DNA of 54,539 nt. It comes from Chthoniobacteraceae bacterium. GTDB lineage: Bacteria > Verrucomicrobiota > Verrucomicrobiia > Chthoniobacterales > Chthoniobacteraceae. Below, piece by piece: positions 40,001 to 49,618 of the stretch; the first letter of the stretch is position 1, and each line of letters opens with the position of its first letter. Location of the stretch: the NCBI GenBank assembly GCA_031409655.1, contig JANNXQ010000124.1, positions 1-54,539 on the forward strand, written 5' to 3'. Made by a program: the position numbers and the translations under genes. A model generated the notes under the pieces. That model ran no database searches. It saw only the letters and a program-made list of their open reading frames with translations, and was not told the DNA's origin.

Positions 40001-40759
40001 ATGCCACCACTACTCCAGGGAAAGACCGCCCTCATCACTGGCGCGAGCAAGGGTCTCGGAAAAGCCATGGCGCTCGCTCTTGCCGAAGCCGGGGCCGCCA
40101 TCGCCCTCGTCTCGCGGGACGAGGCGAAATTGCACGCTGTCGCGGGGGAGATTCGGGCGAGTGGAGGTCGCGCCGAAGTCTTCGCGGCGGACGTCAGCGA
40201 CGAGGCGCAAGTCGCCCGCGTCCACACCGAGGTCGCCGCGCACTTCGGCGGCAGCCTCCAAATCCTGATCAACAACGCCGGCATCAACATCCGCAAACCG
40301 ATCACCGACTTCACCCTCGCCGAATGGCACTCCGTGCTGGACACGAATCTGACGAGCGTTTTCCTGCTCTGCCGCGCCTTTGTCCCGCTGCTGAAGGCTC
40401 AGGGTTACGGGCGCATCATCAATCTGACCTCGATGATGTCCCACATTTCCCTGCCCGGCCGCACTGCGTACTCGGCCAGCAAGACGGCACTGCTCGGCTT
40501 TAATCGCGCCCTCGCGCTCGAACTCGCACCCGAGCAGATCACCGTGAATGGCATCAGCCCCGGCGTCTATGACACCGAGATCAATACCCCGCTGATGCAG
40601 AACCCGGAACTGCGCGCGCAATTTCTCGGAAAAATCCCGCTCGGCCGTTTCGGCCAGCCCTCCGAGATCGGCAAACTCGCCGTCTATCTGTGCTCGGAAG
40701 ACGCGGGCTTCATCACGGGCACGGACATCGTCATCGACGGCGGCTGGACGGCGCAGTGA
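40001..40759 (+). CDS. Short-chain dehydrogenase/reductase
   Basis: TGASKGLG, NNAG, YSASK, VNGISPG and IDGG. Confidence 0.92.
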   Translation: MPPLLQGKTALITGASKGLGKAMALALAEAGAAIALVSRDEAKLHAVAGEIRASGGRAEVFAADVSDEAQVARVHTEVAAHFGGSLQILINNAGINIRKPITDFTLAEWHSVLDTNLTSVFLLCRAFVPLLKAQGYGRIINLTSMMSHISLPGRTAYSASKTALLGFNRALALELAPEQITVNGISPGVYDTEINTPLMQNPELRAQFLGKIPLGRFGQPSEIGKLAVYLCSEDAGFITGTDIVIDGGWTAQ

Positions 40760-40818
40760 AATCCCGCGACTCGTGATTTACGCCGCGCCAAAATCCGTGG
40801 CATCCTCCCTTTATTCCC

Positions 40819-41595
40819 ATGCCCACTCCCCTTCGCTCCCTCCTCACCGTCAGCCTTCTCGCCCTCAGCCTCCTCCCCGCCCGCGCCGATGTCGGCCTCG
40901 GGGTCAAGCCGCCCGCCGATGCCGAAGTCATCATCGACGGCTCCCGCCGGACGCTGGATGAAAAGTGGATCTACTGGGAAGGGCCGCGCTTTGCCTCGGC
41001 GATGCCCATCAAGTGGAAGATCGTGGAGGATCCGGTGGACCAAGGCACCGTGCTCATGACCGACGATCGCGCCGCGGATGGCGGGAAATACGGCGCCGCG
41101 GATATCGTGACCAAGAAGCCCTATCGCGACTTCCGCCTGCATATCGAATTTTGCGTCATGAACCCGCGCGGAAACAGCGGCGTGTATCTGCAAAACCGCT
41201 ACGAAATCCAGATTCAGGAAGGCGACAAAACCAAGCACGGCATGGGTGCCGTGATCAATGAAACCGAGTCGCCCTACCATGCCTTTGCCGGCCTCGGAAA
41301 ATGGAACGCCTACGATATCCAGTTCCGCGCGGCCCGCTTCACCGCTGGGAAGCTGACCGAAAAGGCCATGGTCTCGATGTATTTCAACGGCCAGAAAGTT
41401 CACACCAACCAAGCGATCAACAAAGTCTGGGGCGGCGCAAACTCCGGCGTGGATGGCGGGAACGACAAGGGCTCCGGCATCACCGACACTCCCCAAGGCC
41501 TCAAGCTTCAGTGCGAGGGCCACGACGTGCGCTTCCGCAATGCCTGGATCAAGGAACTCGATCTCCAGGAAGCGAACACCGACTTTACAAACTAG
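40819..41595 (+). CDS. DUF1080 (3-keto-disaccharide hydrolase-like) protein
   Basis: DFRLHIEF, GNSGVYLQNRYEIQI, WNAYDIQFRAARF and VRFRNAWIKEL. Signal peptide present. Confidence 0.85.
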   Translation: MPTPLRSLLTVSLLALSLLPARADVGLGVKPPADAEVIIDGSRRTLDEKWIYWEGPRFASAMPIKWKIVEDPVDQGTVLMTDDRAADGGKYGAADIVTKKPYRDFRLHIEFCVMNPRGNSGVYLQNRYEIQIQEGDKTKHGMGAVINETESPYHAFAGLGKWNAYDIQFRAARFTAGKLTEKAMVSMYFNGQKVHTNQAINKVWGGANSGVDGGNDKGSGITDTPQGLKLQCEGHDVRFRNAWIKELDLQEANTDFTN

Positions 41596-43292
41596 TTCGA
41601 GTCGGACGCGGAGACGCTGATGACTTCCTCGGCGGAGGTCATGCCAGAGAGGACTTTGCGGATGCCGTCTTCGCGCAGGGTGCGCATGCCCATTTCGCGG
41701 GCGCGTTTGCGGAGCTCGATGGTGGAAGCCTTGTTGTTGATCATGTGCCGCACTTCGTCGTCGATCATGAAGATCTCGAAGAGGCCGGCGCGGCCCTTGT
41801 AGCCGCGGTGTTTGCAGGCATCGCAGCCGACGCCCATCATCACGCTGGCTTCGCCGAGCTGCGAGTAGTCGAGGCCGAGGGAGCTGATCTCGGCTTCGGT
41901 CAATTCGTAGGGCTGGCGGCAGCTCGTGCAGAGTTTGCGGACGAGTCGCTGGGCGACGATCGCCCGCACGGCAGAGCTGACGAGGAAAGGTTGGACGCCG
42001 ATGTCCACGAGACGGGCAACAGCGCCGGGGGCGTCATTTGTGTGCAGGGTGGAAAAGACGAGGTGACCGGTGAGCGAGGCATTGATCGCGATGTTTGCGG
42101 TCTCGGCGTCCCGAATCTCCCCGATCATGATGATATTCGGCGCCTGCCGCAGGATGGAGCGCAGCGCGGCGGGGAAGGTCATGCCGATGTCGGTATTCAC
42201 CTGCACCTGATTGATGCCGGCCATCTGGTACTCCACCGGGTCTTCGACGGTGATGAGCTTTTTGTCCGGCTTGTTGATGTAGTTGAGGCAGGAGTAAAGC
42301 GTGGTCGTTTTCCCCGAACCGGTGGGGCCGGTGACGAGCAGGATGCCATCCGGCAGCGTGATGAGCCGCTCGACGATCTCCTGATCGTCGGACAAAAAGC
42401 CGAGCTGCGGCAGACCGAGAGACAGCGAGGATTTGTCCAAAATACGCATGACGACGGATTCGCCGTGGTTCGTGGGGATCGTGGAGACGCGCAGATCGAT
42501 CTGCTTATTCTTGCCCATCTTCACCTGGATGCGGCCGTCCTGCGGGAGCCGCTTTTCGGCGATGGACATGGCGCCGGTCATGATCTTCAGACGCGAGATG
42601 ATCGCGGTCTGGAGCTTCTTCGGCGGGTTATTCATCTCGTGCAGCACGCCGTCGATCCGGAAGCGGACGCGGAAGCGCTTTTCGAGGGGCTCAAGGTGAA
42701 TGTCCGAGCAGCGCATGTTGTACGCTTCGAGGAGCATCATCGTCACCATCTTGATGATCGGCGCGTCGCCCACTTCGCCATCGCCCAGCGCGTCGCCGGC
42801 TTCCCCACCGATCTGGATGTCGCCCCCAAGGCTCGCGGCGAGTTCGTCGGCGGCGTCTTCGGCGGTGCCGTAATATTTTCGCAGCGCTTCCTTGATGGAA
42901 TCGGGCGTGGCACAGACGAATTCGAGATCGCGCTGGAGGAGATGATGCAGGGAGTCGAGCGTGTCGAAATTCAGCGGATCGGCGATCGCGACGATGAGGC
43001 CAGTTTCGCCCTGGGCGATGGGCACGGCCTTGAAACGCTTCGCGACATCCGCGGGCATCATGCAGATGGCCTCTTCGCTGATCGCCATCTGCGCGAGGTC
43101 CACAAAGTCCATGGCCGCATGGGAAGCCAGCGCGCGCGACACGTCTTCGTGGGAGACGGCACCTTGCTGGACCAGCGCATCGATCGGCGTCTCATTGCCA
43201 CGCTTTTCGTTCTGAGCCCGCTCGACCTGGGACTTCGTGATGAGTCCGGTCTCGACCAGGATATCAAGGATGTAATCGTCGTTCTGAGCCAA
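41592..43292 (-). CDS. GspE/PilB family secretion/pilus assembly ATPase
   Basis: Walker A GPTGSGKT, TVEDPVE, IGEIRD, HLVFSTLHTND and CxxC...CxxC. TTG start. Confidence 0.92.
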   Translation of the reverse strand: MAQNDDYILDILVETGLITKSQVERAQNEKRGNETPIDALVQQGAVSHEDVSRALASHAAMDFVDLAQMAISEEAICMMPADVAKRFKAVPIAQGETGLIVAIADPLNFDTLDSLHHLLQRDLEFVCATPDSIKEALRKYYGTAEDAADELAASLGGDIQIGGEAGDALGDGEVGDAPIIKMVTMMLLEAYNMRCSDIHLEPLEKRFRVRFRIDGVLHEMNNPPKKLQTAIISRLKIMTGAMSIAEKRLPQDGRIQVKMGKNKQIDLRVSTIPTNHGESVVMRILDKSSLSLGLPQLGFLSDDQEIVERLITLPDGILLVTGPTGSGKTTTLYSCLNYINKPDKKLITVEDPVEYQMAGINQVQVNTDIGMTFPAALRSILRQAPNIIMIGEIRDAETANIAINASLTGHLVFSTLHTNDAPGAVARLVDIGVQPFLVSSAVRAIVAQRLVRKLCTSCRQPYELTEAEISSLGLDYSQLGEASVMMGVGCDACKHRGYKGRAGLFEIFMIDDEVRHMINNKASTIELRKRAREMGMRTLREDGIRKVLSGMTSAEEVISVSASDSN

Positions 43293-43522
43293 GGGAGAAG
43301 AGGGAGCTGGGGTTTATTCGCGCGCGGTTCGCATCGCACCAGTCCCGGCAGTCTGCATACCGCCATGAGGGAGCCAACACGATCGCGCTGGGTAAGTAAC
43401 GGGGCCGGATTCACCGTGTCAAAGCTCATCGCCGAAAAATGCCCACGACCGTCCTTCCCGGGCGCTTGTAGGAGCATTGCGGATTGCTATCACGCAGCCC
43501 GGCGCGCATTCTCCCGCGCACC

Positions 43523-46420
43523 ATGACGCTGGAAAAACTCCACTCTCTCCACCCCTCCCCGGAAATCCTCGAAGCGCGCATCGCCCCGGCAGGCATCTTC
43601 ATTTTCACCGACACCGATGGCGACAACGTCACGGTCTCCTCAAACAAGGGCACCTCCGCGGAACTGCAAGCCGTGATCCAGCGCAGCGAGACCGCGGCGG
43701 GTCGCTTCCAGCTTCAGAAGATCTCGCTCGGCACGGCACCGGCGATTTTTCAAGGCGCCACCATCGTCGTCTCCTCCGCCGCGGCGAATGGCGGCAATGG
43801 CTTTGTGGACGTCGGCTATATCGACGCGACCGGGCTCGATCTCGGCAGCGTGACCATCGACGGCGACCTCGGGCAGATCGACGCGGGAGATGCGAATGTG
43901 AAGACGCCGGCGCTGAAGTCCCTGAGCCTGGCCTCGCTCGGCGTTCGCGGACTGGCCACGCAAGCAGCGGGCGGCGCGAGTCTCGGGAGCACCATCTTTG
44001 GCGGCGTCGGCGCGCTCGTGATCACGGGGGATCTGAAAGACGCGACTTTCAATGTGCTCGCCTCGGCGATCGATCCGGATCCGCTCGTGCATTCCAGCAC
44101 CGATGCGGCCGCGAAAATCGGGGCCGTGAGTATTGGCGGTTCCGTGATCGGCGGGGCGGTTGCGGGGAGCGGACAACTCTTCGCCAAGGGCCGGATCGAC
44201 AAGCTAACCGTCGGCGGCGGCATCCTCGGCGGCGCGGGCACGCAGTCCGGACGCATTGCCACCGAGGGCGGTCTCGGCAAGGCGACCATCGAAGGCTCCA
44301 TCGTCGGCGGCACCGGCGCCGGCTCCACCGAGAGCGGACAACTTTTTGCCGGCGGCAAATCCACGAAGATCGACGTGAACGGAAAACTCCGGGGCGGCGA
44401 TGGCGCGAACTCCGGCTTGATCAGTAACGGCCGCGGCCTCGGCAGCGTCAGCATCGGCCTCGGGGTGGAAGGTGGCGCGGGTTTTGGCTCCGGCACGCTC
44501 GCGAGCGCCGCGACGATCAAAAGTGTGACCGTCGAAGCCGGCGGCGTGCTCGGCGGCGTCGGTGTCGAGAGCGGCGCGATCCGCAGCACCGGCGCGATGC
44601 AGACCGTCGAGGTCACTGGCAATGTGACGGGCGGCAATGGCAACCGCTCCGGGATTATCGGCTCCACCGACACGATCGTGAATCTCACGATCAACGGCTC
44701 CGTGGTCGGCGGCCTCGGCCAGCAGAGCGGCGCCATCGGCAGCATCGAATCCCTTGGCACGGTCCATGTCACTGGCGACATCATCGGCGGCGCAGGCATC
44801 CGCTCCGGCCAGATCGTCAGCACCGGCATGATCAAAAGCGCCACCGTGGATGGCTCCGTCATCGGCGGCTCCGCCCTGGAGGCTGGCGCCATCGGCAGCT
44901 TTCTCGGCATCGGCTTAGTGAAGGTCGGCGGCAACGTCAGCGGGGGCGGCGGCGAATACTCCGGCGCCGTCGTCTCGGACGGTCGCCTCGGGCCGGTGAA
45001 TGTCGGTGGCCAGGTCACCGGAGGCAGCGGGGCAAATTCCGGCACGGTCTCCGGCGAAGAAATCAAAAGCGTGGCGGTCACCGGTTCATTGCTCGGCGGC
45101 ATCGGCAGGGACAGCGGGACGATCTCCGGCCTGCTCGATCTCGGTCCCGTGACCATCGGTGGCAATGTCAACGGCGCCAGCGGCGAGCGTTCAGGTTCCA
45201 TCTTGAGTGGCGGCGCCTTGGGCGCGGTGAAGATCAAAGGCTTCCTCCGAGGCGGCGCGGGCGAATCCAGCGGGACCATCGAGACTCAAGGCGAGGCGGA
45301 AGATTCCGCCATCGGTGCCGTCGAGATCGGCGGTTCCATCACCGGCGGTGGCGGTTTCAACTCCGGCTCCATCCACAGCTCCGGCAAACTCGCGAGCGTC
45401 AAAGCCGCCTCGCTCAATGGTTACAGCTCGGCCGGCGACCGCATCAATGGCGTCGGCAGCGGCAGCATCAGCAGCGAACTCGATCTCGGCCCCGTGACCA
45501 TCGCCGGCTCCATCGTCGGTGGCACCGGCGACGAATCCGGCAAGATCAACAGCGGCGGCAAGATCGCCAGCCTCACCATCGGCGGCAGTCTCAGCGGCGG
45601 CACCGGCGACTTCGACACCACCGCTGGCACCCTCGAACAGCTCGGCCAGGTCTTTGCCGAAGGCGACATCGGCGCGGTGAAAATCGCCCAGCACCTCGCT
45701 GGCGGCGCTGGCGATCACTCCGGCGAAATCCGCGGCGCCTCGATCAAGAGCGTCTCCATCGGCAGCTACCTCGCCGGCGGCAGCGGTGCCCAGAGCGGCG
45801 GCCTCGTCTCCACCGTCGGCGACATCGGCCCGGTGACCATCGGCGGCTCCATCGATGCTGGCAGCGCCACGCTCAGTGGTTACATCACCTCTTCAGATCG
45901 CCTCATTTCGCTGAAGGCAAACTCCATCGGCAGCGACACCGAGGAACGCGTCCGCATCTCCGCCCTGCACGAAATCAAAAGCATCGTCATCCGGGATTCC
46001 GTCACTTTTACCGACATCTTCGCCGGCATCACCATCGCTGGGGACTTCACCGAGCCAGCCGCCGAAATCGGCTCCGTGATCATCGGCAGCAGCGGCGACG
46101 GCAGCTTCGTGGGGGCGACAAATATCGTCGCCAGCGCGCTCCCCGGCAGCGATGGCGAATACGGCACCAGCGACGACTTACCCGTCTCCGGCCCATCGAC
46201 CGCGATTGCCCGGATCGCCAGCGTCATCTTCAACGGCTCGATCTTAGGCGACGACGGTGATGGTGGCTTTGACGGCACCTTCGGCATTGTCGCGGTGCAC
46301 GTCGTGCAAGTAAAAGCCGAGGGTAGCAACGTCCCGCTCACCCCCGGTCCCCTCAACGACTTCAAGTCGATCGGCGAAACCAATCTCTTCATCAACGAGC
46401 TGGAATTGGACGGAATCTGA
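43523..46420 (+). CDS. Gly-rich repeat surface protein with planctomycete-extracellular-like (LExRxxP) N-terminal motif
   Basis: PEILEARIAPA near the N-terminus, then many VxIGGSxxGGxGxxSGxI repeats suggesting a beta-helix. Confidence 0.75.
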   Translation: MTLEKLHSLHPSPEILEARIAPAGIFIFTDTDGDNVTVSSNKGTSAELQAVIQRSETAAGRFQLQKISLGTAPAIFQGATIVVSSAAANGGNGFVDVGYIDATGLDLGSVTIDGDLGQIDAGDANVKTPALKSLSLASLGVRGLATQAAGGASLGSTIFGGVGALVITGDLKDATFNVLASAIDPDPLVHSSTDAAAKIGAVSIGGSVIGGAVAGSGQLFAKGRIDKLTVGGGILGGAGTQSGRIATEGGLGKATIEGSIVGGTGAGSTESGQLFAGGKSTKIDVNGKLRGGDGANSGLISNGRGLGSVSIGLGVEGGAGFGSGTLASAATIKSVTVEAGGVLGGVGVESGAIRSTGAMQTVEVTGNVTGGNGNRSGIIGSTDTIVNLTINGSVVGGLGQQSGAIGSIESLGTVHVTGDIIGGAGIRSGQIVSTGMIKSATVDGSVIGGSALEAGAIGSFLGIGLVKVGGNVSGGGGEYSGAVVSDGRLGPVNVGGQVTGGSGANSGTVSGEEIKSVAVTGSLLGGIGRDSGTISGLLDLGPVTIGGNVNGASGERSGSILSGGALGAVKIKGFLRGGAGESSGTIETQGEAEDSAIGAVEIGGSITGGGGFNSGSIHSSGKLASVKAASLNGYSSAGDRINGVGSGSISSELDLGPVTIAGSIVGGTGDESGKINSGGKIASLTIGGSLSGGTGDFDTTAGTLEQLGQVFAEGDIGAVKIAQHLAGGAGDHSGEIRGASIKSVSIGSYLAGGSGAQSGGLVSTVGDIGPVTIGGSIDAGSATLSGYITSSDRLISLKANSIGSDTEERVRISALHEIKSIVIRDSVTFTDIFAGITIAGDFTEPAAEIGSVIIGSSGDGSFVGATNIVASALPGSDGEYGTSDDLPVSGPSTAIARIASVIFNGSILGDDGDGGFDGTFGIVAVHVVQVKAEGSNVPLTPGPLNDFKSIGETNLFINELELDGI

Positions 46421-46435
46421 AGTCCGACGCCTCAC

Positions 46436-46549
46436 TTACTTGAGGTCGCTGGGGTTATTCGCGTTGCGGAAAAAGGCGCGCTCGGCTGCGCTCAGCGGCT
46501 TCGGGATGAGCAATCCCTCGGACACACCCTGACGGAGATAGTGCTCCAT
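46436..46549 (-). pseudogene. Possible C-terminal remnant of a MobA-like nucleotidyltransferase
   Basis: MEHYLRQGVSEGLLIPKPLSAAERAFFRNANNPSDLK*. FxNxNxPxDL is the MobA C-terminal motif. Confidence 0.35.
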
Positions 46550-46555
46550 GGAGTG

Positions 46556-46683
46556 ATACCATCTCTCGGAAACCGTCGGACTGTTATCCTCCTCCTCGTC
46601 CTCCTCCTCCTCGAAACGCTCAGAGTAGGAGTAGGAGGACGAGGAGGAGGAGAACAGTCCGATTGTTTTCGGGATATGGGTAT
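46556..46683. repeat. Long hairpin (REP/MITE-like) with TCC/GGA arms
   Basis: tcggactgttatcctcctcctcgtcctcct pairs with aggaggacgaggaggaggagaacagtccga. Outer arms are atacc...ggtat. Confidence 0.75.
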
Positions 46684-46850
46684 GAGTCAGTCACGGCGCG
46701 GCCCCCGCGGGGCCAGTCCATGGCCAGTCGGCGTCCGCAGCAACTCTACGAAGACCCTTTCGCAAAAAGTGGAATCCGCAAGGGATCCGTCGCGCCAGCC
46801 GGGTGGTTAAGACTCCGAGGCGAACGCCCGCCTCTGCATCATCCTGGCTT

Positions 46851-46904
46851 GTTCAACAAGGGCTGCTTGCCGGCTCCGCGGCAAAGCAACCTTCCGGGTT
46901 AGGC
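46851..46904 (-). other. Degenerate attC-like site
   Basis: Minus strand reads GCCTAAC ccggaa ggttgc(t)ttgccg cggagc cggcaa gcagcc ctt GTTGAAC: RYYYAAC, a stem with one bulged base, then GTTRRRY. Starts 7 nt after the stop codon. Confidence 0.5.
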
Positions 46905-46911
46905 ATCATGG

Positions 46912-47349
46912 TCAATCTGCTGAATACACTATCTTGGTGACGCGGCCTTCCTCGAGGGTAAGGAAAATGCCCTCGCAGTTTGGCTCGCGTGAGGTCTCGG
47001 GATTCATGAAGAACCCCAAGCCCTCCGGTGTGTCGTTCAGAATCTTCGGGCGCTTGCGTAGCCCGTTTGTGGGGTAACGCTGCTCCATCACAGCGAGCAC
47101 CTCCTCGCGCGTCATCCCGACCTGAATGTCGCTATAGAAGCTCTTGTAGGTGCGGAATCGCCCGTCAACCAACTCTGGGTGGTAAGCCAGAAACACGTAA
47201 CCCGCAGGCGCGATGAAAACCAGCGCAAGCACGACCATCATCGCAGTAACAAGTCCACTCTACGCGCGGCAGGCGATGACAATGGCAACCAAAGCTGCGA
47301 GCGCGCCGCCAGCGGCAATCAGGATGAATGGATGGACTCCAAAACTCAT
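46912..47349 (-). pseudogene. Small membrane protein (cassette-like) with in-frame TAG at 47260-47262
   Basis: MSFGVHPFILIAAGGALAALVAIVIACRA*SGLVTAMMVVLALVF...IQVGMTREEV...LEEGRVTKIVYSAD. Confidence 0.6.
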
Positions 47350-47358
47350 GGCGCGCGA

Positions 47359-47453
47359 ATGATGCCTAGCTTGTAAATATACGACTGGTGTTTCCAGGAC
47401 AGTCGCATATTGGAGCCTGCGCCAGTCGTTTGTTTGGAGGGTGTCCAGTCGCG
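47359..47453 (-). other. attI-like/regulatory site
   Basis: GCTAGGCATCAT mirrors ATGATGCCTAAC at the gene's 3' end. 12-bp inverted repeat at 47376-47387/47400-47411. CAGTCG at 47400, 47423 and 47446. Confidence 0.4.
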
Positions 47454-47620
47454 CATTTGATGCGGGTAAAGAATTGGCTATCCGGAGTCAATGAAGATTC
47501 CCCAAGCCCCTGAAAAGCGGACAGATGTGATCCGGGCCGCGTAAAAGGGCTTACCGCCCTCGCGCGGCGGGGCGAGCACGGAGTAGGCCTGCCGGTGGTG
47601 GCCGGCGTAAAGGGGCTTAG

Positions 47621-47782
47621 CAGTCTGTTGAAAAACGCATCCTCGGTGGATGGCGGCGCTCCGCGCGCCATGCCAAACTCTGGCCGCAGGCCCATCTTTC
47701 CGAGTGGCGCGGCGCGCGAAGCGAGTCGTGGCGCGCGGAGCGACGCCATCCACCGAGGTCCCAGAGGTTTTTCAACAGGCTG
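47621..47782. mobile_element. 162-bp MITE with 16-bp TIRs and TTAG target duplication
   Basis: TTAG|cagtctgttgaaaaac ... gtttttcaacaggctg|TTAG. Internal ~30-bp inverted repeat at ~47641-47670 and ~47729-47758. Confidence 0.85.
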
Positions 47783-47829
47783 TTAGCGCACTTACGCGGC
47801 GGGCCTTCCTGACGATGTAGGCACGGCGC

Positions 47830-48122
47830 GGGTGTGGACGGCAATGAGCGTGCAGGAGACCCGGGCCCGCAGGGGGAATCGGGCCCGGAGGGTCCGCAAA
47901 GGTCCGTGTGGCGACCCGCCCGGACAGGAAGGGCCACAAGGGCCGCAAGGTCCGCCGAGCGAGGTCTCCGGGGCACAGCTCGTTGCGGCGATCTCCGGCA
48001 CGGCGAATAACCCGAGCGGCGTAGAACCGTCCCCGGGAACTTTCAGCGATCCGCCCACCCAGGCAGAGATGCAGGACTTTGCGGCGTGGTCGGAGACGCT
48101 GCGGGCGGCGCTACTGCGCTAG
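47830..48122 (+). pseudogene. Collagen-like protein remnant
   Basis: GDPGPQGESGPEGPQ, then a +1 frameshift near 47898, then GQEGPQGPQGPPSEVSGAQLVAAISGTANN...DPPTQAEMQ...LRAALLR*. Confidence 0.6.
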
Positions 48123-48196
48123 GTCACTCCCCATTCATTCCACCCGTCGACAAAAGATCCGCCAACTACCACTTGGCCGGAAAGTGGCCAAGGGAA

Positions 48197-49618
48197 TCAA
48201 GGAACGGATCTGGGTTGGTCGGCCAGCGTCTCCAAACGTTTTTCCCACGCCTCATGCAAGCCAGTGAGTTCCTCGACGATTTCCGGTTGTTCGCTGGCGT
48301 GGTCTTTCACCTCGGGCTGGGGTTCGGCAAGGCTGTGCAGCGAAGGGCGCACGGTGTTGGTCTTTCGGTCGAAAGTGCCGATCAATTTCCAGTCGCCCCG
48401 GCGAACGGCCCAGTCCTTGGCCCAGGCGAAGTGCAGCACTTCATGGGCGCTCGTCGCTTTCGGATCAGCGATGACGCTGGCCATGCTGCGGCCATCGAGT
48501 TTTGAGGCATCGGGTTCTTGCTTGATGCCGCAGAGTTCGAGCACGGTGGGGAACCAATCCATGATCGTCACGATTTGATCACGTGTCTGGCCTTGGGGTA
48601 TTGTTGCCGGGTAGCGGATGATCGCTGGCACGCGGATGCCGCCTTCGAGGAAAGTGCCTTTGTGGCCGGTCCATTTCCCGGTGTTCCCGCCACCGCCGTG
48701 GGCAAGGTAGTAATGCCCGCGTGGATAGCCGCTGCTGTGATTCTCGACGGTGATGCCCGCAGAGTTCTCGGTGGAATGGCCGTTGTCGCTCATCAGGATA
48801 ACGATGGTGTTGTCCCGCAGGCCGGTTGCCTCCAGCTTGTTGAGCACGCGGCCGATTTGCTCATCCACCGATGAAATGACTCGTGCATACGCCTGGCGCG
48901 GCATTGGCATATCCGCATAGGCGTCTTTGAATTTGGCGTTCGGTTGGGTGGGATAATGCGGCAGGTTGAAAGCCACTGTCATGAAGAAAGGCGCAGCTTT
49001 GTTAGCTTCGATAAACTGGACGGCACGTTCGGTCATTAGGTCCGGGTAATATTCCTCGCGCCGGAAGACCTCCTCATTGCCGTCGTAAAGATCGTGATAG
49101 CCGCCCCCATGCAGGAAGAAGTGCCGGTAGTTATCAATGAAGCCGGAGAGATGTCCGAAGTAGGTTTCAAATCCCTGGTCCAGCGGGCCGTGACCAAGCT
49201 TCGCCCCGAGATGCCACTTACCAAACAGCGCGGTGCGGTAGCCAGCGGATTTCAGCACTTCGGCGAGGGTCACTTCCTCGGCTGCCATGTTGAGATTCCT
49301 ATCGTCGCTCCCATGCCGGTCGCCCTGCGTCCAATGCCGCACGCCGGCGCGCTGCGGGTGACGCCCCGTGAAGAGCGCCGCTCGCGATGGGCAACACACG
49401 GTGTGCGCATAAGCCTGGGTGAAGCGGATGCCCGAAGCCGCCAGCTTGTCCATGCTCGGGGTCTTTAAGTCTGTCGAACCGTAGCAGCCCGCATCGAGTG
49501 TTCCCTGGTCGTCGGTGAGGAGGATGACGACGTTCGGCTTTGTCACCTGCGCGTGAGCGACGACGGATGCGCCGAGCAAGACCAGCAAGATTATGGGGAT
49601 CGTTTTGTTCAGGCTCAT
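48197..49618 (-). CDS. S1 family sulfatase
   Basis: PNVVILLTDDQG, CCPSRAALFTG, GKWHLG, SDNG and EGGIRVP. Confidence 0.93.
   Translation of the reverse strand: MSLNKTIPIILLVLLGASVVAHAQVTKPNVVILLTDDQGTLDAGCYGSTDLKTPSMDKLAASGIRFTQAYAHTVCCPSRAALFTGRHPQRAGVRHWTQGDRHGSDDRNLNMAAEEVTLAEVLKSAGYRTALFGKWHLGAKLGHGPLDQGFETYFGHLSGFIDNYRHFFLHGGGYHDLYDGNEEVFRREEYYPDLMTERAVQFIEANKAAPFFMTVAFNLPHYPTQPNAKFKDAYADMPMPRQAYARVISSVDEQIGRVLNKLEATGLRDNTIVILMSDNGHSTENSAGITVENHSSGYPRGHYYLAHGGGGNTGKWTGHKGTFLEGGIRVPAIIRYPATIPQGQTRDQIVTIMDWFPTVLELCGIKQEPDASKLDGRSMASVIADPKATSAHEVLHFAWAKDWAVRRGDWKLIGTFDRKTNTVRPSLHSLAEPQPEVKDHASEQPEIVEELTGLHEAWEKRLETLADQPRSVP

Noticed and set aside
41592..41595. Convergent stop codons sharing CTAG
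   Set aside because: Ordinary tail-to-tail overlap.
46755..46835. GCAA-tetraloop hairpin loosely resembling a c-di-GMP-I riboswitch
   Set aside because: The key GACGCAAAGC junction and P1 pairing are not matched, and no co-oriented gene follows. An Rfam scan would settle it.
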